This document shows positions 18,087-28,864 of a stretch of DNA of 64,000 bases, in pieces. The DNA is from an uncultured Alloprevotella sp. (GTDB lineage: Bacteria > Bacteroidota > Bacteroidia > Bacteroidales > Bacteroidaceae). The notes under the pieces are model-generated. The model saw nothing but the letters and a program-made list of their open reading frames with translations, ran no database searches and was not told where the DNA came from. Position numbers and translations under genes: made by a program. The stretch is from the NCBI GenBank assembly GCA_944322325.1, contig CALUOQ010000006.1, forward strand, positions 75,134 through 139,133, written 5' to 3'. Each line of letters starts with the position of its first letter. Within the stretch, counting starts at the first letter, position 1.

Positions 18087-19274
18087 TTATTTTTCCAAGG
18101 TGATAATGGCCCGCCGGTTGTACGAATAGGGCGAAAGCGTAGCGACTCCGCCGCCCGCCACGGTGCGGATACGTTCGCGACCGACGCCCATCTTCACCAG
18201 CTCGTCGGCCACCGCCTCGGCCCGCTCGCGGCTCAACTCCAGGTTACGTTCAGCCGAACCCGTCCGGCTGTCTGCATAGCCCGTCACGACGACAGTCAGG
18301 TTCTGCGCTTTGGCAAACTCGGCCAAGGCTTTGAGGTTGACCAGCTCGCGGCGCGAAACAAGCTGTGCACTCCCCAAATTGAAAAAGACGGATTGCGGCA
18401 CGTATTGCGTGCGGGTAACGGTATCGGCCGAAGCCGGTTCTGCGGGCTCCTCCGTCGGTTCCTGTCCTTCGCCGGCCAGCGCGGCCAAGCGCATGTTCTC
18501 TTCCTGTTGCTCGCGCAAGGATTCGTTGAGCGCATTCATCTGCTCGCGGTTCATCTCCATCAGCAAGTCGATGTTGGGCGACTTCTCCCAGCCCGTTTTC
18601 TTGCCCAGCCGGTAGGTCAGGCCCAGCGAGAAATGGAGCGACTTGTCCCAATGGCGCATACGGAACGCCTCGGGGTTGGCAAAGGCGATGCCGTCGAAAT
18701 CGGCTGGAGCCAACATGGCGGACACATCGAAGTACACCGAAAAATGGCGGCTGAGGCGCCACGTATTCTGGATGCCCAAATTATAAGAGACGGTATTGAC
18801 GTTGTACGAAAAGTTACGGGCGAATCCAATGCCGGCGTAGGGGATGAAATTCCATACGCGCCGCTCGTTGTAACCGTAGAGCAGGTTTGACAGATTGAAC
18901 ATCACGTCCTCATGAATGTTCATGTAGCGATACGTATCGCTGACGTCGCGCCACGTGGCCTGCTTCCCCCACAATCCTTGAAACTGCGTGCGCAGCCCGA
19001 TGCCGGGTGTGAACCACTTGCCAATACCCAACTCAAAACCGAAAGAGTTGCGCTCCTTACTGAAAGGGTTGCCCGACAGCGCACTCTCCTCCTGAGAGGA
19101 ATAGGCAGCCCGGTTGAGCACACCGGCGGAGACGTACCAATTGCTCCAGAACGAGCGCGTCGACACGCTGTGCTTGGAACCGGGAACTTCCATACCGAAC
19201 GAGTCGTCGAACTCTTGCGCAGAAAGGGTAGCGGCTGTCACCGCAAAAAGCAGAACAAGGCAAAACCTATTCAT
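18087..19274 (-). CDS. OmpA family outer-membrane protein (beta-barrel + coiled coil + OmpA_C)
   Basis: ORF 18087..20027, with the real start at ATG 19274 (MNRFCLVLLFAVTAATLSAQ signal peptide). The C-terminus 'VVVTGYADSRTGSAERNLELSRERAEAVADELV' is the OmpA-like peptidoglycan-binding motif. Confidence 0.8.
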   Translation of the reverse strand: MNRFCLVLLFAVTAATLSAQEFDDSFGMEVPGSKHSVSTRSFWSNWYVSAGVLNRAAYSSQEESALSGNPFSKERNSFGFELGIGKWFTPGIGLRTQFQGLWGKQATWRDVSDTYRYMNIHEDVMFNLSNLLYGYNERRVWNFIPYAGIGFARNFSYNVNTVSYNLGIQNTWRLSRHFSVYFDVSAMLAPADFDGIAFANPEAFRMRHWDKSLHFSLGLTYRLGKKTGWEKSPNIDLLMEMNREQMNALNESLREQQEENMRLAALAGEGQEPTEEPAEPASADTVTRTQYVPQSVFFNLGSAQLVSRRELVNLKALAEFAKAQNLTVVVTGYADSRTGSAERNLELSRERAEAVADELVKMGVGRERIRTVAGGGVATLSPYSYNRRAIITLEK

Positions 19275-19450
19275 CGTTAAAGCTGTTTTTATAAGGTGCG
19301 ACATTAAAACGCACAAATATAACGATTTAATTTGGGATAAGCGCCATATATCCGACTTCAAGCGCCCAAAGAGCAAACACGGACTACATTTCAGGGAGAA
19401 ATCGGCCTCATTGCGACGCACGATGCCGACCCGATAACGACGGACGCGGT

Positions 19451-21316
19451 TCAGTCGAAAAGTTTCTCTATCTTCTCCTGCAAAAGGATAACGAGCGTCG
19501 GTTTGCCGTCCGGCGTATAATTGGGCGTCGCGCAGGCAAACAGCTTTTCGATAAGGGCCTCCATTTCCTTGGCGTCGAGCGCCTGACCGACGGGGAGCGC
19601 CACACGCCGTGCCAGCGCGAAAGCGATGGCGTGATAAATGTCCGAACCGACTTCGGCGGCTTTCGTCTCGGCGGCGTCCAACATATCCTGAAGCAGGGCG
19701 GTCGGATTGAGGCCTTCCGTACCGGCCGGCACACCATTGATTGCGTAGCTGCCACCGCCCAGCGGCGAAAGATCGAATCCCACAACGACGAGGTCGTCGC
19801 TGATGCGCTCCAGCAAACTTACTTGCGACAGGGAAAGTTGTATGGTCTGCGGGAAGAGCACGCCCTGCGACAGTCCGTGGCGCTGCTCCAGCTGGCGTCG
19901 GTACGTCTCGTAGAGCACGCGCACGTGGGCCCGATGCTGATCGACCAACATCAGTCCGGATTTTACGGCTATCAGAATATAGCGCCCTTTGTACTGAAAA
20001 AATTCGGAAAAAGCGCTCTTCTCCCACTCGGCCTGTTCCGCCTGCGACAAGTGGGTATAAAGCGTCTGTTCCTCCTCGGATGGCTCGACGGTCTCACTGC
20101 CGCTCGCTGCTTCACTGCGAGTCAGGGCGTCGTACACAGTCCGCCAATCGTCGGAACGTGCCGGCAGACGACCGGCACCATAACTCCCGCCGCCTGAAGC
20201 ACGGAACGGATTGAACGAACGGTCGATGTGCAAGGATGGTGGAGCGATGTCCTTGTTGTCCTGAAAAGCAGGAATGTCCGGCCGGTTGGCAGTGTCGAAA
20301 TCGATGGTCGGCTGGGCATTGTAACGGCCCAAAGCCTCACGCACAGCAGCCAGTATGATTTGCCAGATTTCGTGGTCGTCTTCAAATTTTATCTCCGTCT
20401 TCGTAGGATGTATGTTGACGTCGATGCGCGAGGGGTCCACCGTCAGACGGATGAAATAAGGCACTGTTTCGTTCTCGGGTATCAAACGCTCAAAGGCCGA
20501 CTGCACCGCTTTGGCGAAATAGGGATGGCGCATGAAACGGTCGTTGACAAAGAAAAACTGCTGGGCGCCCTTCTTGCGCGCACTCTCGGGCGAACCGACA
20601 TAACCGCTCAGCTTCACCAGACTGGTGTCGACTTGGACGGGGATAAGGGACTGGTCCAGCTTCCGACCAAAGACGCCAAGAATCCGCTGCTTGAACTTGC
20701 CGGCCGGAAGGTTGAGCAAGCACACATCGTTGCTGTACAGCTGCATCGCCACGTCGGGATGGGCCAGCGCCAGGCGCTCGAACTCGGTCGAGATGTTACC
20801 CAACTCCGTCTGATTGGACTTCAGGAATTTACGGCGTGCCGGAACGTTGAAAAAAAGGTTCTTCACCAAGAAATTGGCACCGACCGGGCAAGCCACGGGG
20901 TCCTGGCCCGTTATTTTCGAGCCCTCGATGGTCAGGCACACGCCTAACTCCTCATCTGCCGTACGCGTCCGCAGTTCGACCTGGGCCACCGCCACGATAG
21001 ACGGAAGCGCCTCACCGCGGAATCCCATGGTATGCAGGGCATACAGGTCGGCGACTTCGCGGATTTTTGAGGTGGCATGGCGTTCGAAAGCCAAGCGCGC
21101 GTCGGTCTCGGACATGCCTTGACCGTTATCAACGACTTGGATACTGGTTTTGCCGGCATCGACCACGTAGACCTGCACCGACGTGGCACCGGCGTCGACT
21201 GCGTTCTCAACCAGTTCCTTTACCACAGAGGCCGGCCGCTGTATGACCTCGCCGGCTGCGATTTGGTTCGCCACGGCGTCCGGTAACAAATGTATGATGC
21301 CCCCTGTCTTACTCAC
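19451..21316 (-). CDS. mutL: DNA mismatch repair protein MutL
   Basis: ORF 19451..21403. '[34 protein letters not shown]' is the GHKL ATPase N-terminus. Start assigned to GTG 21316 ([12 protein letters not shown]), which overlaps the upstream stop as GTGA. Confidence 0.92.
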   Translation of the reverse strand: MSKTGGIIHLLPDAVANQIAAGEVIQRPASVVKELVENAVDAGATSVQVYVVDAGKTSIQVVDNGQGMSETDARLAFERHATSKIREVADLYALHTMGFRGEALPSIVAVAQVELRTRTADEELGVCLTIEGSKITGQDPVACPVGANFLVKNLFFNVPARRKFLKSNQTELGNISTEFERLALAHPDVAMQLYSNDVCLLNLPAGKFKQRILGVFGRKLDQSLIPVQVDTSLVKLSGYVGSPESARKKGAQQFFFVNDRFMRHPYFAKAVQSAFERLIPENETVPYFIRLTVDPSRIDVNIHPTKTEIKFEDDHEIWQIILAAVREALGRYNAQPTIDFDTANRPDIPAFQDNKDIAPPSLHIDRSFNPFRASGGGSYGAGRLPARSDDWRTVYDALTRSEAASGSETVEPSEEEQTLYTHLSQAEQAEWEKSAFSEFFQYKGRYILIAVKSGLMLVDQHRAHVRVLYETYRRQLEQRHGLSQGVLFPQTIQLSLSQVSLLERISDDLVVVGFDLSPLGGGSYAINGVPAGTEGLNPTALLQDMLDAAETKAAEVGSDIYHAIAFALARRVALPVGQALDAKEMEALIEKLFACATPNYTPDGKPTLVILLQEKIEKLFD

Positions 21317-22971
21317 TTTTTCGGCCCTTTCTTCAATGTCTGCAAGGGCGCCGTGCGGCGTATCTCGGCTTTCAGTTCGGTGCCGGCGGCCTTCGGCCGC
21401 CACTCGAACAAGTCGAACTTATCACGCGGACGGATGTAGTCGAACCAAGCAAAGTTCTCCAGTCGCAAGGCGTCCTGCGGGATAATCGAAACGTCGTAGA
21501 AAGTACCCGTTGCGGCAGGAGTCCATATCCGCTTCAACTGCCGCTGCTCCATGAACATCCGCAACTGTGTTGTTTCGGTATAGTTCAAGCCGACCATCAC
21601 GCTGTCGTCGTCGAGCGGGAAGTAAATGACGTGAACATTACCGTCGGCCATGTTTTCATAAATCTCGCCATCCTTGAAAAAAGCTTTCATAAGGCGGCCG
21701 TTAACCTGGTTGTAGTAAATACTGTCGTAGTGCTCCACCAGCAGGGCCTGCCGCTCGACGCACACACTGTCGATGGTGGAATCATTCGTAAAGACGAAAA
21801 TTTCCTCACCGAGCAACTGCTGGTTCTTGTTCCATACGATAGGGTCGCGGTACATAGCCATCCGTTTGATGCCCGAGTTATATACCAACGAGTCGCATAC
21901 CGCCTGCACGTCGGACCGGTAGGCGCGGACATGGAAATAGCCATGAAGCACCCGGTAGACGGAGTCCGTGTCCATATTATAAGTGTACAGCCGTAGCGTA
22001 TCAGCATGGACAAACAGTGTGTCGGCGACGTTGGAATAATCCTTGAGCAGGGCGCTGTCCGTGGCGTAGGCTTGCCCTGTCAGCTCGTTGTACTGACAGT
22101 ACTCGCCGGTGAGCATGTTGCTGTTGGCCCTGTCGTCGTAAATCACATTGCCGAAAGCCTGCATCAGCCCCGTGTCCTTGTTATAGCGCAGGCTGTCGCC
22201 CACCATACGCCGACCGGCCTTGTTGGCTACTACGGAGCGGTCAAACAGCCGGACGTCCTCTGTGTCCGTATTATAGAAGCCATGCTCCGTGTAAATGTTG
22301 TTCTCGTCGTCCTTGATGTTGGAGGGGCCGAGCGCCTCGGCCCACTTGGTCTGCATGTCGTAGTGGAGCGTATCCGACGTCAGCACGAACTTCGGATTGT
22401 CGAGGCGCACGCTGTAATTGAAGAAGGACTTCTTCGTATTCAGGTCGTACTCGCCCCACTCGGACGTCAGCGTGTTGTCGCCATCGACGAGCCGGCCGCC
22501 CTCGAAGAAGTAACCGATGTTATACAGGCGGTCGTAGTTGAGACTGTCGGTATAGAGGGTCGATTGACGGTGCTTCATGACGACATTCCGCCGCACCTGC
22601 GCCAACTGTGCATTACCGTCGTAGTAAAGGTAATCGCCGTCGAGCGAAAGCGTGTCACCTTGAAGCATACGCACATGACCGAACGCCTCAAGCGAGTTCG
22701 TCGTCTGGAAGAAATAGGCGCTGTCGCAGTACATCGTGATGCCGTCGTGGAAAAGCTGGACATTGCCAATGAGTATCTGCGCGTCGGGGTTCAGGAACTG
22801 GTTATGCCGCAGCGTATCACTGTGAATAAGCTCCACCTGTTCGCTCGACGCCTTGCGGGGACGCTCGTCGTCGGGAAGGGAAAGGGCCGCAGTCTGGGCT
22901 AGAAAGAAAAGGATGCCAGCCCACAGCCACAGCCTCGCCATTCTTCGCACTGCACCTCCTGCGCGTCTCAT
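21313..22971 (-). CDS. OstA/LptD-N-like organic solvent tolerance family protein
   Basis: ORF 21313..23001. Repeated OstA-like beta-jellyroll segments are present ('[23 protein letters not shown]', '[20 protein letters not shown]'). Start ATG 22971 overlaps the upstream stop as ATGA. Confidence 0.65.
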   Translation of the reverse strand: MRRAGGAVRRMARLWLWAGILFFLAQTAALSLPDDERPRKASSEQVELIHSDTLRHNQFLNPDAQILIGNVQLFHDGITMYCDSAYFFQTTNSLEAFGHVRMLQGDTLSLDGDYLYYDGNAQLAQVRRNVVMKHRQSTLYTDSLNYDRLYNIGYFFEGGRLVDGDNTLTSEWGEYDLNTKKSFFNYSVRLDNPKFVLTSDTLHYDMQTKWAEALGPSNIKDDENNIYTEHGFYNTDTEDVRLFDRSVVANKAGRRMVGDSLRYNKDTGLMQAFGNVIYDDRANSNMLTGEYCQYNELTGQAYATDSALLKDYSNVADTLFVHADTLRLYTYNMDTDSVYRVLHGYFHVRAYRSDVQAVCDSLVYNSGIKRMAMYRDPIVWNKNQQLLGEEIFVFTNDSTIDSVCVERQALLVEHYDSIYYNQVNGRLMKAFFKDGEIYENMADGNVHVIYFPLDDDSVMVGLNYTETTQLRMFMEQRQLKRIWTPAATGTFYDVSIIPQDALRLENFAWFDYIRPRDKFDLFEWRPKAAGTELKAEIRRTAPLQTLKKGPKK

Positions 22972-24323
22972 TTCACCCATCCGGAATACTTGAAGCCGCA
23001 AGTTTTCAACTCGGGGTTAATGCGTACGTACGTGGTCTTCAGTTTGTCTTTAATCCACTGTTCCACCTTTTCCTCGCGGCGTTTCCCAAGCACGTACTCC
23101 TTAAGTAGCTGGAAATCCTCCTGTAGGTTGGCGACATGGCGGTCAATGCGGCTTTTCACCTTGACTATGGCACAAACTTCCTGACCGTTGTCACGATGCA
23201 TCAGGAAAGCCCGCGAGACTTGCCCCACTTCGAGCGTATCGACCACCTTGGCCACGTCCTGCGGCAAGTCCTGCATCTCGAAACGCGACGTCCGGCTTCC
23301 CATCTCGCTGTTGACGTTGACCATGATACCGTGGTTGTTCCGCGTATCCTTGTCGTCGGAGATAAAGGTGGCTCCGTCTTCGAACGTAAACGTGCCGTCC
23401 TTGATGGCGGTGGCTATCGAGTCGAGGCGGTCAATGCAGACGTCGATTTCCTTTTGCGGGACTTCGGGCTTCAAGAGTATGTGCCGCACATTGACTTTGT
23501 CGCCCTGCCTTCCGATGAGCTGAATGATGTGGTAGCCGTATTCACTCTTTACGATCTTCGACACTTTCTTAGGGTCTGTCAGGCTGAAGGCCACGTTGGC
23601 AAAGGCCGGGTCCAGCGCCGTACGGTTCATGTAGCCGAGCTCGCCGCCATTGCGGGCACTGCCGTCCTGCGAGTAAAGCATGGCGAGGGTCGAAAACTCC
23701 GATTCCCCGCTATTGACGCGGCGTGCGTATTCACGAAGCAGGCCCTCTACCCGCTCCACCTCGGCGCGGGGCACTTCGGGCGTCTGCGTAATGATTTGCA
23801 CCTCTACCTGCGTCGGCACGGTCGGCAGGCTGTCCTCGGGCACGTGCTTGAAGTATTCGCGCACCTCGGCGGGGGTTACTTTGAGGTTACCGACCAGTTT
23901 TTCCTGCATATTGCGCATACGCAGTCCGTTGCGTATCGGTTCTTTCCACGACTCCCGCAGCTGGCGCATGGTCTTCTTTGTGAACTGCTCGATGCGCTCT
24001 TTCGACCCGAAGTTCTGGAGATAGAGATTCTCGCGGTTATTTACTTCGGCGATAACCTCGGTCTCCGAAACCTCGATGCTGTCGATGTCGGCCTGATGGA
24101 GGAACAACTTTTGCACGGCAATCATCTCCGCGATATTACAAAAGGAACTCTCGTCCACCTGTTGCCCACTCAACTCCGCATTGAGGCGTTCGGCCTCCAC
24201 GTCGGAGCGAAGGATGGGGTCGTCGCCGACGAGCCAAATCACCTCGTCGACGGTGTTGTTCTGTCCCCAAGCGGACAGTGCGCACAAGGCCACCCCCAAA
24301 GCGGCCAATCGCTTGATTCTCAT
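22968..24323 (-). CDS. SurA-like peptidyl-prolyl isomerase (parvulin type)
   Basis: 451 aa with a signal peptide. The parvulin core 'VRHILLKP' ... 'SEYGYHIIQL' follows a SurA-N-like helical N-terminus. Confidence 0.8.
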   Translation of the reverse strand: MRIKRLAALGVALCALSAWGQNNTVDEVIWLVGDDPILRSDVEAERLNAELSGQQVDESSFCNIAEMIAVQKLFLHQADIDSIEVSETEVIAEVNNRENLYLQNFGSKERIEQFTKKTMRQLRESWKEPIRNGLRMRNMQEKLVGNLKVTPAEVREYFKHVPEDSLPTVPTQVEVQIITQTPEVPRAEVERVEGLLREYARRVNSGESEFSTLAMLYSQDGSARNGGELGYMNRTALDPAFANVAFSLTDPKKVSKIVKSEYGYHIIQLIGRQGDKVNVRHILLKPEVPQKEIDVCIDRLDSIATAIKDGTFTFEDGATFISDDKDTRNNHGIMVNVNSEMGSRTSRFEMQDLPQDVAKVVDTLEVGQVSRAFLMHRDNGQEVCAIVKVKSRIDRHVANLQEDFQLLKEYVLGKRREEKVEQWIKDKLKTTYVRINPELKTCGFKYSGWVK

Positions 24324-25759
24324 TACTTGTGATTATTAACCGTTTTCAACACGTCCTCGTTTATTTCCACGGGGTACTTCCGGCGAAGACTTTCCACCCA
24401 CTCTTTTTCGAGCTGGTCCTGGTAATCGGAAAGCACCGACGTGCGCACGTCCTTGTAGCTCTTGGGACGTTTCATTTTCTCACCGACCACGTTTACGTAC
24501 GGGTACTCCACAGGGCGGCGCACTTTATCGCCTTTGAACACCAGCTCGTCGACATATTTGTTGTCGCCTTCCTTATAATACTCGGGCACGAAGACTTTCA
24601 CGTTGCGCACCGAGTCTGTGTTGAAAGCCGAATCGACGGCCGCTTCCCACGACGCGTCCGTGATTTCCCCGAGCAATCGGGCTACCGGTTCCAGCAGATC
24701 TTCGCGTTTCGTGTAGTACAGGAAACCCTTGAAGCGCGGGCCGTCCCACCGATACTGCTTTTTGTGTTTCTTGAAATACTTCTCGAGTCCCACGGTGTCA
24801 GCCGCAGCTACGTCCCACACGGTCCGTTTGCTGATTTCGTACAGCAAGAGACCGTCGTGGTACTCCTTTACGAGGAATTTCAAGTCCGGATCGACTTCCG
24901 CCCCGGCGTTCAGCACGCTGTCCAGTATGGCTTCGCGCGTCAGACGCCCTCCTGAACGGGCTATCATCTGCTGGATAGCGTGCTCGCCGGCTTTCTCTTC
25001 GATGCCGCGCTTCTTCAGCACGGTGAAGAGCCCCGCACGCAATTCTTCGTAGGGACTGAACGGCTTGCGATCGGCCATATATATAATATGGTATCCGACG
25101 GGAGAAAGAAACGGAGCGGACATCTCGCCTTTTTTCAAGGAGTAGGCCACGTCCTCGAACTCCTTCACGGTAGAGTTAGGCCCAAGCCACGGAAGCAGAC
25201 CGCCCTCCTTGGCCGAACCGACGTCTTCAGAGTTCGTCTTAGCCAAGTCGGCAAACACGGCGCCGTTTTTCAGCAGGCCGTAAAGTGAGTCTATTTTAGC
25301 TTTCTTGGCGTTCTTCATTTCCTCCGAAGCGTTCTGCGGCAGGCGCAGGAAGATATGTGCCGGCCGGATCATATCCGCGCCGTTCATGCGCGCCACGGTG
25401 CGGTCGTACATGGCCCGCGCCACGGAGTCGATGTACATCGTGTCCTGCAACAGGGGCGTCAACTGCATGTCGCGGTACGTATGATACTCCTTCCGGAACG
25501 ACGCCAACGTGTCGAGCTGCGCCTCGAGCGCCGCCTCGACCTTCAGTTGGTAATTGACGAACATGTCGACATACTCGTCGACGCTTTTCTCCTCCACGCC
25601 ACCCTCGACGTCGCTGTTCTTGTTGTAGGCGTACTCAAACTCGCCGCGGGTGATGTTTTTCCCGTTGATTTTCATCAGGACGGGGTCGTCCTTGCTCTCC
25701 TCGGCAACAAGGGGACTGCCGAGGAGAAGCAGGGCGAACATTCCTATGACTTTCTTCAT
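24323..25759 (-). CDS. PpiC/parvulin-type peptidyl-prolyl isomerase
   Basis: ORF 24323..25771. Has a signal peptide (MKKVIGMFALLLLGSPLVA), then 'PAHIFLRL' and 'SPVGYHIIYM'. Its stop overlaps the next start as TAATG. Confidence 0.75.
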   Translation of the reverse strand: MKKVIGMFALLLLGSPLVAEESKDDPVLMKINGKNITRGEFEYAYNKNSDVEGGVEEKSVDEYVDMFVNYQLKVEAALEAQLDTLASFRKEYHTYRDMQLTPLLQDTMYIDSVARAMYDRTVARMNGADMIRPAHIFLRLPQNASEEMKNAKKAKIDSLYGLLKNGAVFADLAKTNSEDVGSAKEGGLLPWLGPNSTVKEFEDVAYSLKKGEMSAPFLSPVGYHIIYMADRKPFSPYEELRAGLFTVLKKRGIEEKAGEHAIQQMIARSGGRLTREAILDSVLNAGAEVDPDLKFLVKEYHDGLLLYEISKRTVWDVAAADTVGLEKYFKKHKKQYRWDGPRFKGFLYYTKREDLLEPVARLLGEITDASWEAAVDSAFNTDSVRNVKVFVPEYYKEGDNKYVDELVFKGDKVRRPVEYPYVNVVGEKMKRPKSYKDVRTSVLSDYQDQLEKEWVESLRRKYPVEINEDVLKTVNNHK

Positions 25760-25800
25760 GCCAACTGTCAACAGTCTATTGTCATTTGTCTATTACCATC

Positions 25801-27279
25801 CTACTCCGGGCGGCTATAGTTGGGCGCCTCGCTCGTGATGGTAATGTCGTGCGGGTGGCTCTCGAGCACGCCGGCATTGGTGATGCGCGTGAACTTCGCG
25901 CCGTGGAGGGCTTCAATCGTGGCGGCGCCACAATAGCCCATACCCGAGCGCAGACCGCCGACCAGCTGGTAGATAACCTCCTGCACGGAGCCTTTGTAGG
26001 GCACGCGCCCGGCGATGCCTTCGGGCACGAGTTTCTTCACGTCCTCCACCGTCGACTGGAAGTAGCGGTCCTTCGACCCGTTCTCCATGGCCTCGAGCGA
26101 GCCCATGCCGCGGTAGGTCTTGAACTTACGTCCGTTGAAGATGATCGTTTCGCCCGGCGACTCCTCCGTACCGGCCACGAGCGAACCGATCATGACGCTG
26201 TGACCGCCGGCGGCCAGCGCCTTCACGATGTCGCCCGAGTAGCGCAGTCCGCCGTCGGCAATCAGGGGCACACCCGTCCCCTCGAGCGCGCAGGCCACGT
26301 CGTAGACGGCCGACAGCTGCGGCACGCCCACGCCGGCCACGATGCGGGTCGTACAGATGGAGCCCGGTCCGATGCCCACCTTGATGGCGTCGGCTCCGGC
26401 CTCGACCAACATCTTGGCCGCCGCGCCGGTGGCCACGTTGCCCACGACAATGTCCACACCCGTGAAGCTTGCCTTGGCTTCCTGCAACTTTTCGATGACA
26501 AACTTGGAGTGGCCGTGTGCTGTGTCGATGACTATGGCGTCGGCTCCGGCGTTAATCAGCGTCTCCATGCGCTCCAAGGTGTCCTTCGTCACCCCGACGC
26601 CGGCCGCCACGCGCAGGCGGCCCTTGCTGTCCTTGCAGGCCATAGGCTTGTCTTTCGCCTTGGTAATGTCCTTATACGTAATGAGCCCCACGAGGTGACC
26701 GGTCTTGTCGACCACGGGGAGCTTCTCGATTTTATTTTCCTGGAGTATCTGTGAAGCGGCGGCAAGGTCCGTCTGCTGCGTCGTCGTCACGAGATTTTCG
26801 CTCGTCATCACTTCGTCAATCAGTTTGTCCAGGTTGCGCTCGAAACGCAGGTCGCGGTTCGTCACGATGCCGACCAGAATGCCGCTATCGTCGACCACGG
26901 GAATACCGCCAATGTGGTACTCACGCATCAGGGCCAGGGCGTCGCGCACGGTCTTGCCGCGCTGAATGGTGACGGGGTCGTAAATCATGCCGTTCTCGGC
27001 GCGCTTCACGATGGCCACCTGGCGGGCCTGTTCCTCGACAGGCATATTCTTGTGTATCACACCGATACCTCCCTCGCGGGCAATGGCGATGGCCATGGGC
27101 GCCTCGGTGACGGTGTCCATCGCGGCGGTGACAAAAGGAATCTTAAGCTCGATGTGGCGCGAGAAGCGGGTCGTCAGGTCGACCGTACGGGGTAAAACTT
27201 CAGAATAAGCAGGAACGAGGAGGACGTCGTCGTAAGTCAGTCCGTCCATTACGATTTTGTCAGCAATAAATGAGGTCAT
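25801..27279 (-). CDS. guaB: IMP dehydrogenase
   Basis: 492 aa. Has the catalytic loop '[11 protein letters not shown]', a tandem CBS insert, and '[11 protein letters not shown]'. Confidence 0.95.
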   Translation of the reverse strand: MTSFIADKIVMDGLTYDDVLLVPAYSEVLPRTVDLTTRFSRHIELKIPFVTAAMDTVTEAPMAIAIAREGGIGVIHKNMPVEEQARQVAIVKRAENGMIYDPVTIQRGKTVRDALALMREYHIGGIPVVDDSGILVGIVTNRDLRFERNLDKLIDEVMTSENLVTTTQQTDLAAASQILQENKIEKLPVVDKTGHLVGLITYKDITKAKDKPMACKDSKGRLRVAAGVGVTKDTLERMETLINAGADAIVIDTAHGHSKFVIEKLQEAKASFTGVDIVVGNVATGAAAKMLVEAGADAIKVGIGPGSICTTRIVAGVGVPQLSAVYDVACALEGTGVPLIADGGLRYSGDIVKALAAGGHSVMIGSLVAGTEESPGETIIFNGRKFKTYRGMGSLEAMENGSKDRYFQSTVEDVKKLVPEGIAGRVPYKGSVQEVIYQLVGGLRSGMGYCGAATIEALHGAKFTRITNAGVLESHPHDITITSEAPNYSRPE

Positions 27280-27301
27280 GAGGTAGAAATTTTATTGCAC
27301 G

Positions 27302-27309
27302 CAAATTTA
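27302..27309 (-). promoter_or_regulatory. -7 box TAAATTTG upstream of guaB
   Basis: 23 nt upstream of ATG 27279. Confidence 0.5.
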
Positions 27310-27480
27310 CGGCTTTTCCGCCACATGCGGGCACACCGTTCCCTATTTTTTCTCGCTTAGCCCGAATTACACCTCCGCTGGCCGCACGCTTGTCCCGCCA
27401 GCCGCCCCACCCTTTCGTCCGTTCCCGGCGGAAGGCGGGGCGCCCCTAAAAAGCGAACCAAAGCGGGGCGGAAAACAAAT

Positions 27481-27580
27481 GTAGTCCCCGTAAAAACTAT
27501 CGCTACGATAGAATTTACGGGGACTACGATAGAAATTTCTGGGACTACACTTGTAAAAACGGGGACTACACTTGTAAAAT
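27481..27580. repeat. Family-A element, 'GGGGACTAC' subfamily, copy A5 (left direct repeat of paralog module)
   Basis: 'tccccgtaaaaactatcgctacgatagaatttacggggactacgatagaaatttctgggactacacttgtaaaaacggggactacacttgtaaaat'. 93/96 identical to copy A6. Confidence 0.85.
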
Positions 27581-27722
27581 CAATGACAATGAGAGCCTAC
27601 GTCAGGCGCCGGAATAGCTGTCTGCCACGCCCCGGACGCCACAGGGCCGAACGCCTGGCCTCCTACGCACGCCCGATTACTTATCCGCATGTGCCTCCTC
27701 CCACATTTTCTCCGTCAGCGCG

Positions 27723-28796
27723 CTAATCCTTGGCCAGCTTCCGGGCCGCAAGAAGCTGGGCGTATCCGTCGGCAATGTAGTCACGGAAACGCCAGCCGTT
27801 GCTCAGGCGGCGCACCTGCATATACCGGCCAGGAAAGACCCGCCCGTCCGCCGTGTAGAGCGGCTCGAGGGCATAAGGCGGCAGGCCGTGCAGGAAACGG
27901 CGCAGCTCGTCGAGGTAGCGCCGGTCCGCAGCCGGGTCGACGGTGTTTTCCTCCGTGCGGGGGATGTACGCTTCCGTATGCAGCAGGACAAAGTCCAGCC
28001 GCCCCTCGGCGTCGATGGTCAGCAGCAGGTCGTACACCCGCGGCTTGCCCCGCAGCGTGGTGTCGACGGTGCAGGCCTGCGAAGCGTCGTGACTCAACAG
28101 CGTCATGGACAGGGGCAGTTCCATGGCCCAATCGCCGTCGAAGTGCATCTGATGACTAAAGGCGCACGACCAATAATAGGAGTTAATGCGGTCCGTGACG
28201 ACGGGATCGACAAGCCTACCGTCCTTCACCGCCTGCACGTGGCGCCCATGCCCCACCACGAAACCGAAGTAAGGCATGGCGTCGCTCACGCGGACAAACG
28301 TACCGCTGAGCCAGCGCGCCGGAACGACGCGCCGCTGCGAAAGGCCGACTTTGTCCACACTGACACCCAGCGCGCGGTCGGCCTCGGCCCAAGCGGCCGT
28401 ATCGCGAACGTCAGTCCCGCGACGATAGAGGTCCGTGAGGCAAACGAAAATGGTGTCGTGGATGTTCAGCGTCGCCCACTCTGCCACGAGCGGCCTGCCG
28501 GAAAACAAGGACTCGCCGGCGAGGATGCTTGTGGGAAACACCGTTCCGCGATGCAGCGACTGGTCGTAGTCCGACAACCGGGGCTTTGGCTGCGTCCCGG
28601 CCTTGACGGCCTTGTAACTCTCGACCATCTCGTCCACACTCACGGTGTCCGGGCGGAGATAGTCGGCGTAAACGGCGGGGATTTCACCCCGCGGGTGAAC
28701 ACTGCGGCGCGGCTGGGCCGATAAGAGCTGGCAGGAAAGGAGGGCCAGCGCAACGGATAAAATGGGTTTCATGGCTTTCATTATTTCGAGGTTCAT
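27723..28796 (-). CDS. Secreted hypothetical protein, paralog A
   Basis: ORF 27723..28874. The signal peptide ends '...LLSAQ'. About 60% identical by eye to the adjacent paralog B. The start is uncertain (ATG 28796, 28781 or 28772). Confidence 0.6.
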   Translation of the reverse strand: MNLEIMKAMKPILSVALALLSCQLLSAQPRRSVHPRGEIPAVYADYLRPDTVSVDEMVESYKAVKAGTQPKPRLSDYDQSLHRGTVFPTSILAGESLFSGRPLVAEWATLNIHDTIFVCLTDLYRRGTDVRDTAAWAEADRALGVSVDKVGLSQRRVVPARWLSGTFVRVSDAMPYFGFVVGHGRHVQAVKDGRLVDPVVTDRINSYYWSCAFSHQMHFDGDWAMELPLSMTLLSHDASQACTVDTTLRGKPRVYDLLLTIDAEGRLDFVLLHTEAYIPRTEENTVDPAADRRYLDELRRFLHGLPPYALEPLYTADGRVFPGRYMQVRRLSNGWRFRDYIADGYAQLLAARKLAKD

Positions 28797-28864
28797 AACT
28801 GTTTTTATCTTGTCACTTCTGTCTTGGCCTGGCCGCATTTCGGCAAACGCGGCCAGGCGGTGCG

